Positions 20,511 through 29,791 of a stretch of DNA of 64,000 nt are shown piece after piece (the stretch's first letter is position 1; each line of letters opens with the position of its first letter). The DNA comes from Rebecca billardiae RCC1528. Taxonomy: Eukaryota > Protista > Haptophyta. The notes beneath the pieces are model-generated. The model was not told the origin of the DNA, did no database searches, and saw only the letters and a list, made by a program, of their open reading frames with translations. The translations under genes and the position numbers were made by a program. The stretch covers positions 2,046,001-2,110,000 of the forward strand of contig OZ251228.1 of assembly GCA_965240325.2 (NCBI GenBank), written 5' to 3'.

Positions 20511-21175
20511 ATGGCGGGCGCGAGGAGCAACGCGACGGGGCGGTCGCGCTGAGCGCCGCGTTCGTTTCGTACAGCTCCTTCATCCTCGTGCCGGAGCACC
20601 GGCTCCTCTTCTGCAAGATCGACCAGGTCGTGAGCCAGAACTTCGTGCAGCTCTTCCGCGCGGTCCGCGCGCCGCACGACCCGGCGCTGCGCAAGCAGCT
20701 GTTCGTGCAGGACACCAACACGCTGCGCTACTTCGGGATGGGCGCGGAGGACGGCGCGGCGCGGCTGGCCGAACCGGCCTGGCAGGCCGCCGTCGTCTAC
20801 AGAGTGCCGCTCGAGCGCTTCGCCTCGGCGTACGCGTCCATGTGCACCGCGGGCCGTGACATGGACGGCGCGCGCCATTGCTCGGAGGCATTCGGCGTGT
20901 CGCGCCCCAGCTTCGACGAGGCGGCGGCAGCGCTCGGGCGAGGGCGCGTGCGCAACGGCATCAAATGCGGCAGTCTGAGCACTGCAGCGGGCTCAGCGCC
21001 ACCCTCGGCGCGTGCAAAACGTTCGAGCGCCTCGATCTGACGCGCGCGCACGCAGCCGTCGAGCGCATGCTGCGCGCGGTCGGGGTGGACGTGCGCGCGC
21101 TGGCGCCCGAGCTGGACAAGCTGTTCCCCGACGAGCACGCGCGCGCGGCGCGGCTGCGGAGCGTCGAGCCGGGCG
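20511..21175 (+). pseudogene. Frameshifted Sulfotransfer_2-like fragment (unit 2)
   Basis: LLFCKI, YRVPLERFASAY; frameshifts. Confidence 0.55.
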
Positions 21176-21305
21176 ACGGCGCTCCGCGCAAGCGGCCGGC
21201 GCCGCAGCTCGCGGACGGGTAGCGGCGTGCGTGGGCAAAGCGGCGCGCGCCCGCCGCGCCGAGCGGCGCGGTGCCCTCGAGGCCGAGCGCGCGCGCGCAT
21301 AGGAG

Positions 21306-21929
21306 ATGGCGCTGCAGGCCTTCTCGAGCATTTCGTACCACGGCACGGCGTTCGGCGCGCTGCGCACGCTGTACGACGACGGCTCGCGGCCGGACGGCCG
21401 GCCGCTCGCCGTCGGCGCCTCGCCGCCGCCGCGCCGCCCCGCGGCGCGCGGCACGCCCGAGTCGGCGCCCGCGCTGCCGCCCGCGCGCACGCCCAAGCGC
21501 GCCGCCGCGCCGCTGCCGACGCTCGGCTGCGTCGGGCTGATCCCCGCGCCGGGCGGCGAGGGGTCGGAGGAGGAGGAGAGCCGCGTGCCCACGCTGGACG
21601 AGGCGCTCGCCGACTGGACGCGGGAGCAGCGGCCTGTCTTCGACGAGCTCGTGCGCGGTGCGCGCGCCGTGTCGTGGGCGCACGGCCTCGTGCGCGCCGC
21701 CGCGCAGGCCGAGTGCTCGGCCGGCCGCGCCGAGGGCACTGCCGGGGCTTGCGGCCTCGCGCGCGCTGAGGAGCTGGGCGCGAGATGCCTGGCGCGCGCT
21801 GTCGACGCGGGAGGCGTGCTCCACGCCGCGCGTCACCCGCTGCCGCTGGACGACCCGCTCGGCGTCGCCCTGGCGATGCTGCATGCCGCACTCGATGCGG
21901 AAGTGCAAGACGCGTGGCCATGGTCGTGA
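21306..21929 (+). other. Chimeric 207-aa junction ORF
   Basis: As 15962-16585. Confidence 0.6.
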
Positions 21930-22141
21930 ACATGCACGCGGACGACGGGTGGCCCGGGCGCCTATAGGCGGTGCTCCATCGCGGCCCCGCTCCCGCAAGG
22001 GGGCAGGGCTGCGGGTGTCGCACTCCTCTGGTCGGAAGGCGCGGACGCATACGAATATGTGTCTGCTGCTGTGTGACACTCTCTGACTAACTCTGAGCCC
22101 GACGCTTGCCCGTTGCATATATATATAGAATTATAGTGATA

Positions 22142-24086
22142 TGACCGCGTTCCGCGGTCCTTTTCCGTAGAACCAACGCAGTTGGGGGCCCGCGGCGCAG
22201 TGGTTGAGAATGAGACCGTGACGTCGTCAATCCGCACGGTCTGGCGTCTGCCTGGCAGTCAGACAGGCCGAGCCGCACCGTCTCGGAGAGTGAGTGAGAG
22301 TCAGACCCGTCCGTCGGACTCGCGGCGCGTGAATGGGCGCGCCGACGGCCAAGGGTGGCACGGGACACCAGCGGACGGGCCGCGCGGGGAAGCGGGGCGG
22401 CGCGCGCGCAGGGCGAGAGGCGCGGACGGGCCGCGCGGGGAAGCGGGGCGGCGCGCGTGCAGGGCGAGAGGCGCCGCGCGGCGCGGGCCGGCGCGTGCGC
22501 GCGCGCGCGCGCACCTGCTTGAGGTGCTCGCGCTGCGCCATGCGCTCGACGAAGGGCCGCTGGTCGCTCAGCCGGCGCGCCTCAGGCCGGCATAGCGAGA
22601 GCGCGCGCCACTGCTGCCCGCCCACGCTGCGCAGCCACGCGCAGACCGAGCGGAGCTCGGGGTGGGACGAAGCGAGTGGCGTGTCGCGCCCGCCGCCAGG
22701 CGCACGCGTGCCCTGCTCCGCACCGCGCCGCCGTGCTCGCCCGCCGCCTGCTCCGCCGCGTCGGCCTCGAGGATGGCGGCGGCCAGCGGCAGGCTGAGCG
22801 GCGCGCGCTCGCCCACCGTAGCTTCGAGGGCCGTCCACACCTGCTCGAGCTGCTGCAGGGCGTGGACAAGGGCAGCGCGCGCGCCCAGCGCATCCGTGCC
22901 GCGTGACGCAGCGCGTCGAGCTCGGCGTCTCGCTTCGCCAGCTCGGCGCCCAGCGCCTCTGCGCGCACGCGTCGAGCTCGGCGTCGCGCTTTGCCAGCTC
23001 GGCGCCCAGCGCCTTCACGCGCACGTGCTCGTGTATCTGCGCGCGCACGGCCTGCGCGCCGCCGCCCATCTGCGCGCGCAGACTCGGACTCGTCGCGGCT
23101 GGCTGCTAGGGAGTGCTAGGGTGCGCGCCGCGTAGTCGATGGCCAAGGCCTGCAGCCAGCGCGCCTGCACCGAGAAAAGAAGGCGCGGCACGCGCGCTAT
23201 AACCCAGTCCACGCAGACACGCGAGCGCGTGCTGGAGCGGCGCGCCGGGGCAACCGTCCACGTCGGCCGCGCGGGAGCCGCAGGTACTCTCGCGTGCCTG
23301 CGCGACGCAGCGCGCACGCACAGCGAAACGGGCGCGGGGTAGAATTCAGGAGAGCGCCGCCGCCCGCGCACCACCCCACCGAGAGTGCGCACATGCGCAC
23401 GCCACGACATGGCACGACATGGCGCACGAGTCGGACGCAACGCCCGACAGACAGAAGCCTTCGAACATCCGCGCGCGCCCGCAAACGCGGCCGCGCGCGC
23501 GGGCGGGCGCGCGGGCGTGCGTGCGCCACCCGCGCGGGAGGCGCCCGCGGCCGCGCGGGCGGCGCGCGCGCGGCGCGCGCTCCGCGCGGTCGTCCACACC
23601 GATGGCGGTCGATCGAGGGCGACGAGGGCTCGCCCCGTTTTTGGAGCGAGCGCGTGCCGCGCGCCCCCTGGCCCCCAACTGGGTATGATAATACCCACAA
23701 TTACCCAAAATGACCTTATGCCCCCAACACCGTTAGCGAGCCAATGTACTGATATGATAGACTGAACGAGAGTACCCACAATTACCCAATCTATCATTTT
23801 ACTATGGTCACACTAGAACGAGAGTCTACCCACAAAATTTACCCAGCCTGGCACAGTTGGGCGTGGGTTTCGTTGATTCCTCTGTTCACTATTCAAGACG
23901 GCGGACGCGACCTTTTTCGACGCTAATCCATGTGTTAGGAGGTCTCAAAAAATCGAAACTCGGTCTCCCCACTCTGGAAAACACCGCCCCGTCCCTTTTT
24001 TCTTTGATCAAAGATCTTTTTGAAACGTGGTTCGGGCCCGCTGGTGCGGGCTCCACGCTGCGCGCTCCGCCCTGCACCGCGGGCCA
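22142..24086 (-). mobile_element. Non-autonomous Helitron2/Helentron-like element C (inverted)
   Basis: TGACCGCGTTCCGCGGTC at left and GCACCGCGGGCCA at right are the reverse complements of the A/B termini; 22200-22810 is homologous to 18030-18720. Confidence 0.75.
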
Positions 24087-24201
24087 TCAACCACGCATAT
24101 ACTTGTGACGTGTACGTGACACGTCGTTAACTATGCATCGCATCAGCACTATCGTCATCAGCGCGCATCATTGCGGAACAAAATTTACTACACTAGCTAA
24201 T

Positions 24202-25104
24202 CTAATCGTAGTCGGACGAGGCGGATGACAGATCGGATGCCATCACCGTCCAATGGTCAGACTCATCGGCATCAGTGTCTGTGTCACCGTGTGGCGGCAG
24301 TCGGCAATCCGCCCCGTTGCCTCTCTCGAGTCTCCCGACCAGCGGCGGCGGTGGTTGGGGCAGCTGCGGGGCGGCGTCCGGGACAGTGACACTGAGGTGG
24401 CTGGTGGGTTTGTGCCGGCGCGTCGCTGTGCGCGTGCCCTGATCGCCAGCGCCATGCTCCAGTCTGCGCTTGGCGATGGCGAGCCGAGTGTTAACCATGC
24501 TGACCAGCTTGTGTTCAGCGCACCGGCTGGCGCGCGTGTCACCCGGCATGCCGAACGAAGGCCACTTGGTGCAGCCGGTGTGATCACACTTGTGGCTCTT
24601 CACGTCGACCATGCCGGCCAGCTTGTGCGCAGCGCACCGGCTGGCGCGCGCGTCGCCCAGCATGCCGAACGAAGGCACCTTGGTGCAGCCGGTGTGATCA
24701 CACTTGCGGCTCTTCACGTGGACCATGCCGGCCAGCTTGTGCGCAGCGCACCGGCTGGCGCGCGCGTCGCCCAGCATGCCGAACGAAGGCACCTTGGTGC
24801 AGCCGGTGTGATCACACTTGCGGCTCTGCACGTCGACCATGCCGCCCAGCTTGTGCACAGCGCACCGGCTGGCGCGCGCATCGCCCAGCATGCCGAATGA
24901 AGGCCGCGTGGTGCAGCCGATGTGATCACACTTGCGGCTCTTCACGTCGACCATGCCGGCCAGCTTGTGCACAGCGCACCGGCTGGCGCGCGCGTCGCCC
25001 GGCAGCGTCACCCGGACGGGCGCGCGTGGTGCGGCGAGCTCGTCCGCCGGGCCGCGCCAGTTCACCGGATCCACGCCCGCGCGATTCCAAGATCGAGGTT
25101 TCAT
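24202..25104 (-). CDS. EsV-1-7-type repeat protein, copy 4 (4 repeats, tail type B)
   Basis: Variable pairs TR, KV, KV, KW. Confidence 0.72.
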   Translation of the reverse strand: MKPRSWNRAGVDPVNWRGPADELAAPRAPVRVTLPGDARASRCAVHKLAGMVDVKSRKCDHIGCTTRPSFGMLGDARASRCAVHKLGGMVDVQSRKCDHTGCTKVPSFGMLGDARASRCAAHKLAGMVHVKSRKCDHTGCTKVPSFGMLGDARASRCAAHKLAGMVDVKSHKCDHTGCTKWPSFGMPGDTRASRCAEHKLVSMVNTRLAIAKRRLEHGAGDQGTRTATRRHKPTSHLSVTVPDAAPQLPQPPPPLVGRLERGNGADCRLPPHGDTDTDADESDHWTVMASDLSSASSDYD

Positions 25105-25168
25105 CAGCCGCCAATGGTCATCAGCTTTCGGAGCGGAATTGCATGCCCTGCCGCATCCCTGACGCACA

Positions 25169-25830
25169 ATGGCGGGCGCGAGGAGCAACGCGACGGGGCG
25201 GTCGCGCTGAGCGCCGCGTTCGTTTCGTACAGCTCCTTCATCCTCGTGCCGGAGCACCGGCTCCTCTTCTGCAAGATCGACCAGGTCGTGAGCCAGAACT
25301 TCGTGCAGCTCTTCCGCGCGGTCCGCGCGCCGCACAACCCGGCGCTGCGCAAGCAGCTGTTCGTGCAGAACACCAACACGCTGCGCTACTTCGGGCTGGG
25401 CGTGGAGGACGGCGCGGCGCGGCTGGCCGAACCGGCCTGGCAGGCCGCCGTCGTCTACAGAGTGCCGCTCGAGCGCTTCGCCTCGGCGTACGCGTCCATG
25501 TGCACCGCGGGCCGTGACATGGACGGCGCGCGCCATTGCTCGGAGGCATTCGGCGTGTCGCGCCCCAGCTTCGACGAGGCGGCGGCAGCGCTCGGGCGAG
25601 GGCGCGTGCGCAACGGCATCAAATGCGGCAGTCTGAGCACTGCAGCGGGCTCAGCGCCACCCTCGGCGCGTGCAAAACGTTCGAGCGCCTCGAGCCGACG
25701 CGCGCGCACGCAGCCGTCGAGCGCATGCTGCGCGCGGTCGGGGTGGACGTGCGCGCGCTGGCGCCCGAGCTGGACAAGCTGTTCCCCGACGAGCACGCGC
25801 GCGCGGCGCGGCTGTGGAGCGTCGAGCCGG
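25169..25830 (+). pseudogene. Frameshifted Sulfotransfer_2-like fragment (unit 3)
   Basis: Same motifs and frameshifts as unit 2. Confidence 0.55.
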
Positions 25831-25963
25831 GCGACGGCGCTCCGCGCAAGCGGCCGGCGCCGCAGCTCGCGGACGGGTGGCGGCGTGCGTGGGCAAAGCG
25901 GCGCGCGCCCGCCGCGCCGAGCGGCGCGTTGCCCTCGAGGCCGAGCGCGCGCGCGCATAGGAG

Positions 25964-26587
25964 ATGGCGCTGCAGGCCTTCTCGAGCATTTCGTACCACG
26001 GCACGGCGTTCGGCGCGCTGCGCACGCTGTACGACGACGGCTCGCGGCCGGACGGCCGGCCGCTCGCCGTCGGCGCCTCGCCGCCGCCGCGCCGCCCTGC
26101 GGCGCGCGGCACGCCCGAGTCGGCGCACGCGCTGCCGCCCGCGCGCACGCCCAAGCGCGCCGCCGTGCCGCTGCCGACGCTCGGCCGCGTCGGGCTGATC
26201 CCCGCGCCGGGCGGCGAGAGGTCGGAGGAGAAGGAGAGCCGCGTGCCCACGCTGGACGAGGCGCTCGCCGACTGGACGCGGGAGCAGCGGCCTGTCTTCG
26301 ACGAGCTCGTGCGCAGTGCGCGCGCCGTGTCGTGCGCGCACGGCCTCGTGCGCGCCGCCGCGCAGGCCGAGCGCTCGGCCGGCCGCGCCGAGGGCACTGC
26401 CGGGACTTGCGGCCTCGCGCGCGCTGAGGAGCTGGGCGCGAGATGCCTGGCGCGCGCTGTCGACGCGGGAGGCGTGCTCCACGCCGCGCGTCACCCGCTG
26501 CCGCTGGACGACCCGCTCGGCGTCGCCCTGGCGATGCTGCATGCCGCACTCGATGCGGAAGTGCAAGACGCGTGGCCATGGTCGTGA
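25964..26587 (+). other. Chimeric 207-aa junction ORF
   Basis: As 15962-16585. Confidence 0.6.
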
Positions 26588-26790
26588 ACATGCACGCGGA
26601 CGACGGGTGGCCCGGGCGCCTATGGGCGGTGCTCCCGATCCCGGCCCCGCTCCCGCAGGGGTGCAGGGCTGCGGGTGTCGCACTCCGTCTGGTCGGAAGG
26701 CGCGGACGCATACGAATAATAATCCGAATATGTGTCTGCTAAGGTGACAGGTGTGACACTCTGACTACTCTGAGCCCGACGCTTGCCCGT

Positions 26791-26812
26791 TGCATATAGT
26801 GATATACCATAT
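26791..26812. other. Empty target site tgcatatagtga^tataccat
   Basis: Exact join of the flanks of elements A and B. Confidence 0.9.
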
Positions 26813-26932
26813 ATATGTATGTGACACGTCGTTAACTATATGCATCATGCATCGCATCACTATCGTCATCAGCGCGCATCATCATTGCGTGCGGAACTAA
26901 ATATATACGACTACAGTACTACACTAGCTAAT

Positions 26933-27940
26933 CTAATCGCAGTCGGACGAGGCGGATGACAGATCGGATGCCATCACCGTCCAATGGTCAGACTCATCAT
27001 CAGTGTCTGTGTCACCGTGTGGCGGCAGTCGGCAATCCGCCCCGTTGCCTCTCTCGAGTCTCCCGACCAGCGACGGCGGTTGGGGCAGCTGCGGGGCGGC
27101 GTCCGAGACAGTGACAAGGTGGCTGGTGGGTTTGTGCCGGCGCGTCGCTGTGCGCGTGCCCTGATCGCCAGCGCCATGCTCCAGTCTGCGCTTGGGGATG
27201 GCGAGCCGAGTGTTAACCATGCTGACCAGCTTGTGTTCAGCGCACCGGCTGGCGCGCGTGTCACCCGGCATGCCGAACGAAGGCCACTTGGTGCAGCCGG
27301 TGTGATCACACTTGGGGTTCTTCACGTCGACCATGCCGGCCAGCTTGTGCGTGGCGCACCGGCTGGCGCGCGCGTCGCCCGGCATGCCGAAGTTAGGCCG
27401 TGTGGTGCAGCCGGTGTGATCACACTTGCGGCTCTTCACGTCGGCCATGCCGGCCAGCTTGTGCGTACCGCACCGGCTGGCGCGCGCGTCGCCCGGCATG
27501 CCGAATGAAGGCCCCTTGGTGCAGCCGGTGTGATCACACTTGCGGCTCTTCACGTCGACCATGCCGGCCAGCTTGTGCGCAGCGCACCGGCTGGCGCGCG
27601 CGTCGCCCGGCATGCCGAAGTAAGGCCCCTTGGTGCAGCCGGTGTGATCACACTTGGGGCTCCTCACGTCGACCATGCCGCCCAGCTTGTGCGCAGCGCA
27701 CCGGCTGGCGCGCGCGTCGCCCGGCATGCCGAATGAAGGCTGCGTGGTGCAGCCGATGTGATCACACTTGCGGCTCTTCACGTCGACCATGCCGGCCAGC
27801 TTGTGCACAGCGCACCGGCTGGCGCGCGCGTCGCCCGGCAGCGTCACCCGGACGGGCGCGCGTGGTGCGGCGAGCTCGTCCGCCGGGCCGCGCCAGTTCA
27901 CCGGATCCACGCCCGCGCGATTCCAAGATCGAGGTTTCAT
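26933..27940 (-). CDS. EsV-1-7-type repeat protein, copy 5 (5 repeats, tail type B)
   Basis: Variable pairs TQ, KG, KG, TR, KW, matching repeats 4-8 of copy 2. Confidence 0.72.
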   Translation of the reverse strand: MKPRSWNRAGVDPVNWRGPADELAAPRAPVRVTLPGDARASRCAVHKLAGMVDVKSRKCDHIGCTTQPSFGMPGDARASRCAAHKLGGMVDVRSPKCDHTGCTKGPYFGMPGDARASRCAAHKLAGMVDVKSRKCDHTGCTKGPSFGMPGDARASRCGTHKLAGMADVKSRKCDHTGCTTRPNFGMPGDARASRCATHKLAGMVDVKNPKCDHTGCTKWPSFGMPGDTRASRCAEHKLVSMVNTRLAIPKRRLEHGAGDQGTRTATRRHKPTSHLVTVSDAAPQLPQPPSLVGRLERGNGADCRLPPHGDTDTDDESDHWTVMASDLSSASSDCD

Positions 27941-28008
27941 CAGCCGCCAATGGTCATCAGCATTCTTTCGGAGCGGAATTGCATGCCCTGCCGCATCCCT
28001 GACGCACA

Positions 28009-28670
28009 ATGGCGGGCGCGAGGAGCAACGCGACGGGGCGGTCGCGCTGAGCGCCGCGTTCGTTTCGTACAGCTCCTTCATCCTCGTGCCGGAGCACCGG
28101 CTCCTCTTCTGCAAGATCGACCAGGCCGCGAGCCAGAACTTCGTGCAGCTCTTCCGCGCGGTCCGCACGCCGCACGACCCGGCGCTGCGCAAGCAGCTGT
28201 TCGTGCAGAACACCAACACGCTGCGCTACTTCGGGCTGGGCGTGGAGGACGGCGCGGTGCGGCTGGCCGAACCGGCCTGGCAGGCCGCCGTCGTCTACAG
28301 AGTGCCGCTCGAGCGCTTCGCCTCGGCGTACGCGTCCATGTGCACCGCGGGCCGTGACATGGACGGCGCGCGCCATTGCTCGGAGGCATTCGGCGTGTCG
28401 CGCCCCAGCTTCGACGAGGCGGCGGCAGCGCTCGGGCGAGGGCGCGTGCGCAACGGCATCAGATGCGGCAGTCTGAGCACTGCAGCGGGCTCAGCGCCAC
28501 CCTCGGCGCTTGCAAAACGTTCGAGCGCCTCGAGCCGACGCGCGCGCACGCAGCCGTCGAGCGTATGCTGCGCGCGGTCGGGGTGGACGTGCGCGCGCTG
28601 GCGCCCGAGCTGGACAAGCTGTTCCCCGACGAGCACGCGCGCGCGGCGCTGCTGCGAAGCGTCGAGCCGG
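28009..28670 (+). pseudogene. Frameshifted Sulfotransfer_2-like fragment (unit 4)
   Basis: Same motifs as the other units. Confidence 0.55.
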
Positions 28671-28803
28671 GCGACGGCGCTCCGCGCAAGCGGCCGGCGC
28701 CGCAGCTCGCGGACGGGTGGCGGCGTGCGTGGGCAAAGCGGCGCGCGCCCGCCGCGCCGAGCGGCGCGTTGTGCTCGAGGCCGAGCGCGCGCGCGCCAAG
28801 GAG

Positions 28804-29454
28804 ATGGCGCTGCAGGCCTTCTCGACAATCTCGTACCACGGCACGGCGTTCGGCGCGCTGCGCACGCTGTACGACGACGGCTCGCGGCCGGACGGCCGGC
28901 CGCTCGCCGTCGGCGCCTCGCCGCCGCCGCGCCGCCCCGCCGCGCGCGGCACGCCCGAGTCGGCGCACGCGCTGCCGCCCGCGCGCACGCCCAAGCGCGC
29001 CGCCGCGCCGCTGCCGACGCTCGGCCGCGTCGGGCTGATCCCCGCGCCGGGCGGCGAGGGGTCGGAGGAGGAGGAGGACCGCAGGGGCTCGAGCGAGGGC
29101 ACCGCCGAGCGCGTCTCGCGCTCGTGCGAGGCGTTCCACCGCTCGTGGGCCGCGGCGGGGAGCACGCGCTCGATCGCGCAGGCCAAGATGCACCACGCGC
29201 GCATCAACACGCGCAAGTCGACGCGCCGCCTCACCGACCGGCTCTCGCAGGCGCAGGTGGAGGCGACCGCGCTCACCGCGCCGGTGGCACAGCACGTGGT
29301 GATCCCGCTGCCGCGCGTCATGGCGGCCGAGCAGGACGAGACGGTCGAGTCCGTCGACATCGGCAAGCGCCCGGCGCTCGGCGGCCTGGGCACCGTCTCT
29401 GCGCGCACGGGCGGGGGCGCCGAGCTGGGCGTGCTCAGCGCGGCGTCCATGTAG
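28804..29454 (+). CDS. Hypothetical protein, probably a 5'-truncated gene fragment (native continuation of the array unit end)
   Basis: Coding-like codon usage; MALQAF...EEEEDRRGSS...SAASM*. Confidence 0.45.
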   Translation: MALQAFSTISYHGTAFGALRTLYDDGSRPDGRPLAVGASPPPRRPAARGTPESAHALPPARTPKRAAAPLPTLGRVGLIPAPGGEGSEEEEDRRGSSEGTAERVSRSCEAFHRSWAAAGSTRSIAQAKMHHARINTRKSTRRLTDRLSQAQVEATALTAPVAQHVVIPLPRVMAAEQDETVESVDIGKRPALGGLGTVSARTGGGAELGVLSAASM

Positions 29455-29604
29455 CAGAATTGATGTCAGAGTGTATGTAGGTTATGTAGGCTCAATCGGC
29501 GGCCGGCGGATGATTCGTAGAGTGGACGCATGTTACGTGCGCATGTGAACTCGTCGCGATGAGTCCGGCCCGACGGAGTGCACGGCGGCCCCAAGGCCCA
29601 CCTT

Positions 29605-29714
29605 GGCCCCCAACTGCGTTCACAGCGTTGGTTCTGACGGCGGAATATTATTATTGGAATAAAAGGCGGACGGACCGCGGAACTACTGCTACGCGGTATA
29701 GCTCGTCATCATAT
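29605..29714 (+). mobile_element. Decayed 3' end of the Helitron2-like family
   Basis: ggcccccaactgcgtt..ggttct.acgg..aaaagg..accgcggaac..gcggt..cat is collinear with 18748-18798 but interrupted by short insertions. Confidence 0.6.
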
Positions 29715-29791
29715 TCAGCATCATCAGATTAGTATTATCCGAATAATAATACAATTTCTATTCATCAGTCACGTAGCACTTGTTGCAGTCA

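Larger units (their letters stand above)
11416..29082. repeat. Four-unit tandem segmental array (units start 11416, 16237, 21581, 26239)
   Basis: Each unit holds the SAAL1-like 3' end, the insertion site, an EsV-1-7 gene (-), a sulfotransferase fragment (+) and a gene fragment ending EEEE. Junctions fall at a CCGC microhomology. Confidence 0.92.
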
